Below the pieces are notes generated by a model. That model saw only the letters and a program-made list of their open reading frames with translations, searched no databases and had not been told where the DNA came from. A program made the position numbers and the translations under genes. 64,000 nt of DNA, taken from NCBI RefSeq assembly GCF_009914755.1, contig NC_060939.1. One strand, given 5' to 3'. This stretch comes from the human T2T-CHM13v2.0 reference genome, Homo sapiens. Below, piece after piece: positions 12,707 to 25,300 of this stretch (the first letter of the stretch is position 1; every line of letters starts with the position of its first letter).

Positions 12707-15126
12707 AGACTGACACATTTAATATAATTTAATAATAATACATTTATAAAGGAAGAAAAAACAGTGTTCAAAAGTGAAACTGAAAGAACCAAATTAAACC
12801 TTTCTTTTCCTCTACATAGTTCCCTCCTAGGCTTACTCTAACCAAGAAATTGCCATGGAGGCTTATTTGTAGGGGAATCGGCAGAGAGCATTTGGTCCAG
12901 GAGAATTTCAGCTCTTGCTTAATTTCTAGTTAAATCTCTAAGATGGGGGGACGATCGCCCAAGATATTTCACTTAAAACAATGTGAAGAGGTCTCTCGCA
13001 AACTGTTTTCTCTCCAGGACTCCCATCTCAGATGAATACTTAAAAAACGATGCCTGGGCTGCACTATTCCCCAATTTTACCTGCTTAAAAAGGAATGTAT
13101 AACCTGCACACTGACAAAAAGTTCTTCCCTGCGTTCTTGGAATGATAAATTATTCAAGTGGTGTGCTCCGGAAAGAGCCACCAATGAGTTTACTATCTTG
13201 TTGCAGTAAAGATATTTTCCTAATCTGGAGACATCTAAAAAGGTTCTTGAAATATGTGTTTATGTATCATTTTGAAAAAAAATACATGTCTGTGTGAGTG
13301 TATGCTTTGTATTATAAGCTTCTGGAGGATAGGAATCAAATCTGGTTAATTTGCTTTTAGGGGTACTTTATAAATTTTGGATACTTTTAAGTGAAAATTG
13401 TTTTTTAAAATAACTTATCTTGGCACAGAAACATCAGTAAAGTTGCATAGCCATATATTTTTCTCATATCAAGAAAGAGTATACATAACAAAACACAGGT
13501 TTCTTCTGCTATAAGTTATCACACCATTGCCCCTTTATCAGTTTGGGGGCTCCGTGCTACTGAACACTTCAAAATCTGGCCAGAAGTCTAGAAATAGCTA
13601 CTACTATTCTCTTTTTGTAAATAAATTCCCATAGATCGAGTCAAAGGAAAAAGTGTGTTTTTCATATGTGAGTAATTTTCACTGACACACATTTCCCTGC
13701 ATAGGAAGACAGTACTAATGTAGCAATCTGAAAGTCCTTGTGATGAAAGCGTGTGTCACCATGTGCAAACTGTGAAATGTAATTGAAAGTAAAATGTTTA
13801 ATTAAAATGGACATTTCTGAGCCTGCTTCTGGCAGCAGCCATCTTGCTGAAAAATTATATTTGTTACACCGTCAACCTGGGAGAACAGTTCAAGAGATTG
13901 TGAGTGCCAGGTTTCATCCAAAAGTAAATGGGGTGAAAATCGGAAAGAGAGCTTAAATGCTGATCCTTTTGTAACTGTGCATGTCTCCAACACATGTGCC
14001 CTGGTACAGACCAGTCAGAACAAGGGGACCTGCCACGTGTAGCTGTTCCTAAGTCAATATTAATTATAGCAAAGCATCCTTTTCTGTCCAAATAATTGTC
14101 CCTTTCACTCACGTCAGCAAGTTTCCTTAACAATTGGGCTTTCACGTACCGTGCAGTCATTGTACAGCTTGAAATGTGAGGATACTCATCATTTCCAAAA
14201 TTATTTCTCCATTGAGACCACTGGGATCTTCTTCCACCACTCCCCAATAAGAGCCACTGATCCTAGATAATTCACATACTTGAGTGGAGATGAGCTTCAC
14301 TGATGTCTTCAGTGCAAATGTGAGAACTGAATTGGAAAACAAAATTCTGTCTGGCATCCAAAGGGCAGCTTCTTCTGCCTTGGGTTTCCGGTATCAAAGA
14401 GCCCCTGGCCTGAATGGGCAGGTTGGATCATCCAGGAAGTGTCACAGTTTCCAGAAATTTCCTTCTTGGAGAAAATTGTCTTTGACATTTTATAAAGGGC
14501 AAGTGAAATAAACTTTCTCTTCCATCTCTCACTTAATCCTCTAAAATCTCAGTAGCCAGTAGTGGATCCCGTGATAGAACAGAATATGTGTACTGCTTCA
14601 TAAAGGCAGAAGTCCCAACTTTTATCCATTTTTCAATGTTATTAGGCTTACTTGCGCTTTTTATATGTCTACCTGCTCCTGAGTCCAGCGACCATCTCCA
14701 AAAATGAAGAAATGAAACAAACCAACAAATAGATAAATAAAAGATCTGTAAATGTAAAACCCGTTAAAAATGTAAATAGCCAAGTATTGTGGAATAAATT
14801 TAGAAGATTTGATCACTGTTCTGTAAATCATGATTTGGGCATGAAAAAAACTCTCATGGTCTAGATCCAGCAGCCATGACATTTGATCATTTTTCCCTAC
14901 CTGACCTTGTTTAGTGAGCTCTTTCTCAATAATATGTTCTTTATTGCCGAACGAATGCTCTTTGAATTTACTTTCTTTATGATGTGATTAAAAATCTTCA
15001 TGACATCCCTAATGATTCATCTCTTTTGGAGCTGGGCAGAAGGGTAACAATTTCTATAATGCACACATTTCATTTAAGGTGAAACCAGAAGGAGATTTAT
15101 CAATCAGAACAGCGTTTTCAATGTCG

Positions 15127-15587
15127 TGAGAGGTGAAGCCAGCTGGACTTCTGGGTGGAGGGACTTGGAAAACTTTTCTGTCTTACAAGAGGATTGTAAA
15201 ATGCACCAATCAGCACTCTGTAGCTGGGATTGTAAAACGCACCAATCAGTGCTCTGTAGCTAGCTAGAGGTTTGTAAAATGCACCAATCAGGACACTGTA
15301 AAATGGACCAATCAGCACACTGTAAAATGGACCAATCAGCAGGACATGGGCAGGAAAAATAAGGGAATAAGAGCTGCTTACCCCAGCCAGCAACGGCAAA
15401 CAGCGCAGGTCCGCTTCCCGTCTGTGGAAGCTTTGTTCTTTAGCTCTTGACAATAAATCTTGCTGCTGCTCTCTCTTTGGGTCCATGCCATCTTTAAGAG
15501 CTGTGACACTTACAGCCAAGGTCCGGGGCTCCATTCTTGAAGTCAGCGAGACCACGAATCCACCGGAAGGAGCAAACTCTGGACATG
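15127..15587 (+). mobile_element. Solo ERV9 LTR (LTR12F-like) with promoter region retained
   Basis: Starts tgagaggtgaagccagctggactt; five ccaatcag boxes; AATAAG TATA-like box ~15366; AATAAA ~15452; ends ctctggacatg; flanks gtcg/gtag. Confidence 0.92.
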
Positions 15588-16618
15588 GTAGGGTGAACTG
15601 CAACCATTGTAAACGAATCTTCGGCACATTTTCTGCCTGAAACATCCAATAACCCTTTAAATAGGAGGTTGCTTTTAATTTGTACATGATCTAGACCACG
15701 ATATTTTTCCTCTGACAACAAATGTAAAATTTAGCCTAAGCCATAATATGGAAATTTTTAGTGAATATGGAAAGATATTAGCTAGATTATTTTACGTATA
15801 TTAAGTAAAATAGACTACTTAATTTGAACTTAGATTAGTGGTTGTTTCCTGGGTTTTGCCATTTATCATTAAAATTTTTAAAGAGATTTCAGGGATGCTA
15901 AGATGAGAAATCCTCTTCTTTTTTGGGGGGGGGGGGTTGGAATTCACTTTAGTGAGCCACCTGCTTCATACTATTAACAATATTGCCCACACCTTTGACA
16001 AGCTTTCAGTCCTAGATTTCAATGGCCTCAGCAAGGTGTTCATGATTGGAAAATCCTGAGTCCCATGGGGTAAATATCTCTCCCAAAATGTTCTAGCTCC
16101 ACAGTCTTGTGAAAACAGAAAACTACATGAGCAGATTACAAACCTATTCAGGAGAAGCCAACAACAGGGGAAGAAAGCCTTCTGCAAAAATACTTTTGAA
16201 CTTCAGAAGAGGAGGCACATGCTCCGTCCACGAAGCTACAACAAATAGAAGTTTTTTTTTCTTTACAGACATATGTAGAACATTTGTTTCCATTTTATTT
16301 CTGCTGTCATAATATGATGGTTTTATTCAGTTTTTAAACATGCTTCAGCTGGAAACACTACATCTTTAAATCAGGCAACCCTGGCTTCAGTGTGAATTCC
16401 CTTGCCGCACTCCCTCACCTTACCCAGGTGCATGTTAAATCAGTATTAATGACAATATCATTCTTGTGCAGTCATCTCCTGCCTGCAATTTGGTTTTAAT
16501 TACCCGCCACGTTGTCTTTCCCCCTCACTGACAGCCATTAAATAGGGAATGACACCGGAGCCATAGTTGTGTGGAATATTCACTTCGCCAGATTTCATCC
16601 CCTTCATAAAGCAGGCTG

Positions 16619-16637
16619 CAGTGCCTCCTAGTGGCAG
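16619..16637 (-). promoter_or_regulatory. Candidate CTCF site
   Basis: Minus strand reads CTGCCACTAGGAGGCACTG, one mismatch to the core CCASYAGRKGGCRS, in unique sequence. Confidence 0.5.
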
Positions 16638-19004
16638 AGATCAGAAAGGGAACGGTGGACTTTCTGGGCACTCTGTAGGTGAATTTGGAGATCTGGGCAG
16701 ATTTGTAACTGCAATGACTATATTTAAAGAAAAAAATAAAGTTTAAAGAGCACATATTAATTAAAGGACAATAAGTGCGATTTGGTTAAGTTGTTTTAGA
16801 AATTGATATATAGCAATAAATCGATGCACTATTTAAGCCTTGTCTGACCATCTATAAAAGTGAAAATGAGGATTCAGAAACAACAAACTTGTGGAATAAA
16901 ACGTAACTGACAAAGTTCTCAAGGCCAGTTGTTCAACAGAGGTGAGCTGCGAGTGCCCAGTGAGTTAGAACTTCAACCGTTTCTATTTCCTCTTTCGCCA
17001 CAGCACGGATCTTCTTGTTTTCGTTTTTGTTTTTCTTTCTTATTTTCTCTTTTATTCCATTGTACAAAATAATTTTATATATGATCTTAAAACATTCTTC
17101 TAAACTACAAATGCATAAATGTCTGTGAACAGTATCTTTTGTGTACAATTAGGTCCTTAAGTGTTTTTTTTTTTTAACAAAGTTTTTCCTTAAAGAGGAG
17201 TTTAAAATTAAAATTATTTGTCTAAATGTTCAATTTAGACACTGTGCAGATGCTCTGGATTGAAGGTATTCATAAAATGGCTATCACGTTTTGAATCTTT
17301 GAAAATTTTGGTTAAATCTGCAGGCATGTGCTTTTGCAGGAAGGACGTTGGACTCTTGCACTATAAGTTGAAAACATCGCTTATAAACAATACATCACAG
17401 CACACTTGCAGAGAGAGCACTGGTAAGATATCACATTTGGTTTTTACTTTCTGATTTTTCTCTCTACCAACTTTTTGGTTTAAAGGTTGCAGATCTATGA
17501 GATGCTCTTTCACAGTTGCTAAGGCTGTTTCGTAGCCTCTTTCAACAAGCATAATTACTCATTTTACGTGCTGCTAAATGAGAGTCATAGCTAACTGCTT
17601 TAATTAGAATTTTAAGTATACATAGTATATGCAATAACTTGTACATACATTTATTGTGTGCATTTGTGTTTGTATGTGCATGTTTGTAAAAATCCAAACA
17701 TAAAATAGAGAAACCAATAATTATAGTGCATCTCAGTCATTCCCCATTCACCAAACGAGCAGGGCAATGATAAACATAAATTCATTCGCGGTTATTGCTG
17801 CATATTTTAATAATAACTTTATATTTTTATATGAGACTCTGAATATTTTCTTGGTAAAAAGGGAAGTGCCTTATAGTAAACTAAAATAATTTTAAGCAAA
17901 TTATATTGGTTAGAACTTGATCTTGAATTAAAAAAGCAAAGACTTTGGAATAAGAACTTTTTTGCTAAATGAGAATCTTCAGATTGCCTTATAAACTGAT
18001 TTTTAGTACCTTTGATAGCATCACTAAAAGAGTAAAAGTATTACTCCCTTTAAAATTTAAGAAATTAACATTTTAGAGGGAAAATGTGCTCATGTGATTC
18101 ATGCTTTTCTTTCAAAGAGAACAATATTTGGTCTTTTGAATGTTGCCTGAATTGATTTGATTTATTGTTTTAAGGAATATTTTACATCATTAAATAACAG
18201 CTAGGAAAATGGTTATTCCTTCCAGATTGAAATGGGAAGCTCACAAATGCAACGATGACGGCTTAATCTCTGATACTGCTTACATATATTGGTTTACAGC
18301 TATATTGAGTCCAGTTAGACTGATTTTTTCATTCCTAATATGAAACTTGATGCTGGGAAATCTGATAAGTGAGTTTCATTTCCCTGGAAATTTATTGCTT
18401 CTGCATCCAAGTGCAAAGAAATAGCACAAGTAAAAACAATGAGGAGTCTGTGCGCAAGGCATTAATGAGGACCACTGTTTTCTCACAGAGATTCTGCATT
18501 GGGAAAAAAGAGGTTTCAAGCCATTAACATTACAAAACACGCTATTCCTTTTAGAATCGATATCGTTTTCTTTGTCAGAATGGTGTAATATCAAATCAGC
18601 GTATTGTTCAGGCCTGTTAGATCAAGAAAGAGAAACATTATAAATGACGAGAGGGTGTTCATGTGCCATTCTCATGGCGCTTGGTTAGAGAAACGACCGA
18701 GTGGCCTGTGTAGTGGGGCAGCGCTAACCCTCAAAGCCCTTTGCTGGCTATAACCCCACCTCCTCTCGACCCTCTCACCTGCAGCTTCTGTCCCAGAGCC
18801 CTCACCCTTTTCATCCCTGCAACATGCTTTGCACATTCCCATCGCCACTGCGTTGTCTATGCCTATTGCTTGGTGTGTTACAGATGGGATAACAGAAGCT
18901 GAGGAACTTTACAGAGAGCAAACAGTATCATTCCATTAATTAAACCAATGACTAAAATCGTTCAGTAACTATAAAAGGCTAGGCATCATGGGAGCGACAT
19001 GACA

Positions 19005-19455
<451 letters not shown>

Positions 19456-20889
19456 TGTGAGACCTCATCCGACAGCCTGACTACAAAGTTGATCCATTTT
19501 TTAAAGAACTGAACAGTGATTGATGATTTCAAGAACTTAGACTGGCAATTTGCATATGTAAAAATGAGAACTGATGTGATACCAGGTGTAAACGGCAGGA
19601 CATATAAGATAGTAAGGGCTGAAGCCATCTCGGTCAGGGAGAAAGTCATCGTCTGCTAGACATGACAGGAGAGGCTCAAATGGCACAGTGTGGGTGTGTC
19701 AAAATGTGGGAGAAAAGGATTCCTAGGGGAAGGAGGACCAGGGATGTGGTCAACTTGAGAAAACTCATGCACACGCATACACACAGACACGCACAGGCAC
19801 ACACTCAGGAAATAGGGGTGGGGGCATACGTTATTTGGAAAGAGAAAATAAATTAGTCTCATTGAATAATTTTTTCTTTTACGACAGTGTCTCTCCAGTT
19901 GGTTGTGCCTCAAATGGCAAAAGTTGCTTTGGGGTTGGGTTGGTTGTTCACTTCATTTGGTTGGATAAGTTCGAATTAACTGAAATCAGGCCAGTTTCTT
20001 TAATGCAGGACTTCTCAGAGCCTTTATTATGTTAAGTACAGTATGAATACTTAGAGAAGCTTAGAATATGTTTCTCGATCTAATTGGACCTCAATTTTAA
20101 TTTTGTTATAGAACTCTGTGAGAAAAAGCTTATAGACACGTTGTAACAAACACTGTGGCCAAGAGGATAGGTGATTAGAGCTAATGGACGGGAGCCCTTA
20201 AAGGCTAGGTAAGATAGACTTGATCCTGTAGGCAAGGAAAAGCCACCGAAGCTCTTTGCAAGGGGAGATGATTTTTTACTATTATTTTAATGATAGTTCC
20301 AATCTCCAAGGTTGAGACAGCAAGAGTAGCATATTCTCAAACCCTGTGGGGCCAAACTTGTCAAAACAAACACTATACACTCCCTTCTTGGTTTACATAG
20401 TCAGCAAGCATGCGCTTTGCAATGATGTTATACTGGAATTAGTCCAAACACTGTGGTTGGAAGTAACCTGCACTCTACAGGTTCTATGGAGTACTGGGCT
20501 GATATTTTAATCTTGCTGAGTATTAAAGAGAACAAAGAAAAGAAGCTGGTGTAGATCACTAAGCAAAATCTCTCAAAGGTTTTTGAGCACATATGGCACC
20601 TCACGAGAGGAAAACAGGAGTTGTGAGCCCAAGTAAAAACTAAGGCTGCCTTGGGGAGCTCAGACATGTGTTGCTCTTAATTAATATTTGCAGCTGTGGA
20701 TTCTGAAGGTTCCAGACTTTTCCCCAGAAAATAATTTTTCTAAATATTGCACTTGTCCATGTAGATTTTTAAGAGCTTCCAAGAGTATAGAAGTGCAGCA
20801 ATGGTTGTTATTCTAATGATGTTATCAGATACTGAGCTGTAGTGAAACCTGTAGATGCTCAAGGAATGATAAAAGGTGGATGTGTATAG

Positions 20890-21170
20890 AGTAGTCACAT
20901 GTGTCAGGGACTGTTCCAAGCACCTTCAACCTATCTGCACATGTCATTCTCATAACAATCTCAGAACAAGTGCTATCAATTATGCTTGTTTTCCTAATAA
21001 GAAAACTGAGTCATAGGTTAAATACTAATAGTATGCCAAGATCTTACAACTAGGTAAGTTAGAGTAAGATGGAGTTAATTAGAGTTAGGCTTAGTTGGGG
21101 CTGGATAGGGTTAGTAAGTGTCAAACTCAAGCAGTCTGACCCAGATCCGTTGCCCTTAACTACTCTCAGC
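20890..21170 (-). mobile_element. MIR fragment
   Basis: ataagaaaactgagtcataggttaa...aactcaagcagtctgac...cttaactact. Confidence 0.65.
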
Positions 21171-21231
21171 CACATGCTGGTTAAGGATGTGGTTTACGAA
21201 GACTTCCCTGTCCCTTCTGTTTTGATAATAT

Positions 21232-21475
21232 AACATTAATAATAGCTAACAGATTTAATCATGCACCAGGAACTGTATTAAACATTTAACTGTTTATCTT
21301 ATGTAATTCTTATAACTGTTGTATAAAACATGCCAACTTATTAACCCCGTGATATATATGAGAAAACTGAGATACAGAAGATTGAAGTCCGTACTGAAAC
21401 TCACACAGCTAGTAAGAGTTAATTCTGGAATATGAATCTAGATCTGACTCCAAAAACAGTTGTCACAACTACTTA
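21232..21475 (-). mobile_element. MIR fragment
   Basis: aataatagctaac...tgagaaaactgagatacagaag...cacacagctagtaag. Confidence 0.7.
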
Positions 21476-22349
21476 TTCTGTGTAATCATAGCCTTTGGAA
21501 ATTTGTTAAATAAATTACAGATGAAAATCCCAGATCAGATCTTGTATTTCATGCTTTTCATTTTCTTCCTTTGCCAAGGAAGACTGTGGAAAAATATTGT
21601 TCCTGAATCCCTGTGCTTTTGAGAGCTAAATAGGTGTACCTATGATTCATCTACAACATTCATTATGACCTTTAAAAATAGCTCCTTTCATTCACTTCTT
21701 TTAAAAAAATGTTCTAAATAAACAAAAATTATACATGGATGAATTTTTTTTCCTCAAACACTAATAAAGCTCAATTGCCCTATTTATATAGCATTTTTCC
21801 CTGTATTGATCAAGACAATTGAAAGAAAATACATATGCAAGAATGGCAGGTTATATATAATAATATACCAGTTGAATACTCCAAAAACTGAGAGTTAGAA
21901 ATACCACAATCAAAATGGAAGATTTGTACACTCAAATGATTTCTTACATTGTCATTTTTCTTTGAAGAAATAAGTTAAATATTTCTTTATGAACTATTTG
22001 CCACAAAAGGAATTGCTAATAAGTAAATGCTATACGTAATCTATCTCTTGAATTAAAATTTTAAACCATTTACAGTGAGTTTTCTCATTTTCTTTATGTT
22101 CTTGACAACCTTTTCTCCAAATCATTGAAAATGTTGGTATGGGGCTTTCAGATTCTGATTTTCCTGTCTGTAATAAGTGTATTACCATATGTCAATATTT
22201 CCCTATAAAGCACTATCATTAAGCAAAATATTAATATTTTTATCATCAACCAACTTTTCATTTTCAAGTATGTTTGGAAAGCTTTGAATACCAGTTGATT
22301 TTTCTTTTTATTTTTAAATTTCTTTTAAATTTATCTTCTAAAGGTTTAT

Positions 22350-25300
22350 AAATATTTTAATTTAAAAAATTGACAGATAACATTGTATTTTTTGTTGTGA
22401 GCCACATGATGTTTTGAAGTATTTATACATTATGGAATGGTTAAATCTATCCAAGTAACAAATACATACATCTTCCCAAACTCCCGTGTGCTCTAAATCC
22501 CCAGTCTCTGATAACTATAATTACACTCTGTTTCTATGAGATCAACTATTTTCGAGTCCACATATGAGAAAGATCATGCAGTATTTGTTTTTCTGTGCCT
22601 GGCGTATTATACTTAGCATAATGTCCTTCAAGTTCATCCATGTTGTTGCCAATGGCAGAATTTCATTATTTTTTGTTGTTGTTGAATTGTATTCCTTTGT
22701 GTGTATGTACCACATTTTCTTTATCCATTTATTCATCAATGGGCACTTGTGTTGTCTCTATATCTTGGCTATTGTGAATAGTACTGCAATAAACACGGGA
22801 AGGTGGATATCTCTTTAATGTACAGATTTCATTTCCTTTGGATATATACTCAATAATGGGGTAGTTGGATCATATGGTAGTTCTATTTTGAATTTTTTGA
22901 GGAACCTCCATACTGTATTTCATAGCAACCGTATCATTTTACATTACAATCAACAGTGCATTTTACATTACAATAAACAATTCTAAGTTCTCCACATCCT
23001 CAGCAATACTTGTGTTGTTTTCCATTTTGTTTTGTTTTCATAATGGTCATGCTAACAGGTATAAGGTAAAATTTTCTTGTGGTTTTGATTTTTATTTCCC
23101 TAAGGACTAGTGATATTGAACATCTTTTTATATTCTCATTGGCCATTTGTGTATCTACTTTGGAAACTGTCTATTAAGTCTAGTGCTAATTTTTAAATTT
23201 GACTAATTGGTGTTTTTTGATGTTGAGTTATAGGAGTTTTTGCGTACTTGTGAGATTTATCCGTTATCAGATATATGGTTTGCAAATTTTTTCTCATTCT
23301 GTCGGTTGCCTTTTAACTCTGTTGATTGTTTTGCTTGCTGCACAGAAGTTTTCAAGTTTGGTGCTATCATTTATCTATTTGTGCCTTCTTGCTAGTGCTT
23401 TTGATGTGGTAACCAAGAAATCATTGCAAAATCCAATGTTACAAAACTTTTTTTTCAACTTTGTTTTTCCCTAGGAGTTTTATGGTTTCAGGTTTTGAGG
23501 CCTTTAATCCATTTTGAGATAAACGTTGAATATGGTGTAAGGTAGGGTTCAAATTCATTCTTCTGCAAGTGAGTTCTACTGCTTGAGAAGTATCACTTTA
23601 GTTCACACTAAATATTCCCCGAGTAAATATCTACTTTAATAGTACTATAGTTGTATTTAAAATAACATTAATTAATAAACACATTAAGAAACTAGACATG
23701 AACAAAAATATCTAGAGTTGACTTATCCTTTATAAACTCCATTTTCTTCTTGAAAACAGGCACAATACAATAAGCAATTGCATTTTCAATAACAAACTCA
23801 AGCATTACGAATATACGTTAACTTTCCTACAGCTATTTGTTGAAGAGACTATTCTTCTCCATTACAAAGCCTTAGCAGTTTGTCAAAGATCATTTCATTA
23901 TAAATGTTAACAGTTTTTGTAAAGCATTTTTTTCTGTTTTGTTTCATAGACCTATTGGTCTATCTTTATGCCATTACCATACTATATTGATTATAGTAGC
24001 TACGTAATATGTTTTGAAATTAGGAAATACGAGGGCTCCAGGTTTTTAAAATTTTTCTCAAGATTGTTTTGGCTATTTGGAGTCATTTTTTTTATTTCTG
24101 CAAAAATGTCATTGGGATTTTCACAGAGATTGCATTGAATCTGTAGATGACTTTGGGTACTATGTGCATTTTAAGAATATGAAGTCTTCCAATCCGTGAA
24201 AACAGGATGTCTTTCTATTTACTTATATTGTCTTTACTTTCTTTAGGCAATATTTTGTAGTTTTAGTGTACAGGTGCTTCACCTTCTAGGTTATAGTTTT
24301 TCCTAAGTATTTTTTCTTTTTGATACTATTATAAATGAATATTATTTTCTTTTCAGATTATTCATTGTTAATGTATGGAAATGTAATTGATTTTTGAATG
24401 GTGACTTGTATCCTCAACTTTGCTTAATACAGTGATGCCATTTGGTCCTGTGCTTTTCTTTGCGGGGGAATTTTTATTATTATTACTGATAAATTACTCG
24501 TTCGATCTCATTAGTTATAGATTTTTTATTTTTATCTCTTCATGATTCAGTCTTGGTTGGTTGTATGTTTCTATAAATGTATCCATTTATTCTATGTTAT
24601 TTAATTTGTTGGCCTACTATTGTTCATATAGTTGTCTCTTATGATCCCTTTTCTTTCTTTTGCATTGGTTGTAATGTTTCCTCTTTTATTTCTAACTTTT
24701 GCTAACTGGGTCTCTACTTGTAGTCCAGCTAAAAATCTGCCAGTTTTGTTAAACTTTTCAAAGAACACACTTCATTTTATGGATTTTTAAATTGTTTTTC
24801 TATTCTTTGTTGAGTTTATTTCTGCTCTATTCTTCATTATTTCCTTCCTCTGCAAACTTCGGGTTTAGTGTTCTATATATGTCTGTTGGTCTAATTTGTT
24901 CATAGTGTTGTTCAAGTCGTCTATTTTCTTGTTGATCTCTCTGGTTGGCCTATCTCTTATTGAAAACAGGGTATTAAAATTTCCTACAATTATTATGTTG
25001 CTGTCTATATATCTCTCCATTTCTGTCAATGTTTGCTTCATATATATAAGTGCTCTGCTATTAGGTGCATATATAGTTACAATTGTTATATCTTCCTGGT
25101 GAATTAAACCTTTATAACAATATATTGTACTTCTTTGTCTCTTGTGATAGTTTTTGACTTAAGGCCTATTCTGTCTGATATAAGTATTGCCAACCCTCCT
25201 CTCTTTTGATTAAAATTTGCATGGAAAAATCTTCCATCTTCTTGTTTTCAACCTATGCATGTCTTTTTTATTTAAAGTCAGTCTTTTATAAACAACATAT

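Noticed and set aside
13864-14357. 127-aa and 66-aa minus-strand ORFs in unique DNA
   Set aside because: No recognisable homology, apparently non-ATG start for the longer one, and no convincing splice-site pair; cannot be supported as exons.
15118-15687. 189-aa ORF with repeated LIGAFY/LIGPFY motif
   Set aside because: Antisense translation of the LTR12 CCAAT tandem repeats.
22935-22979. 24-bp tandem duplication in L1MA (also an 11-bp one at ~11225-11248)
   Set aside because: Ordinary slippage-type micro-duplications; two units only, no spacers, not an array.
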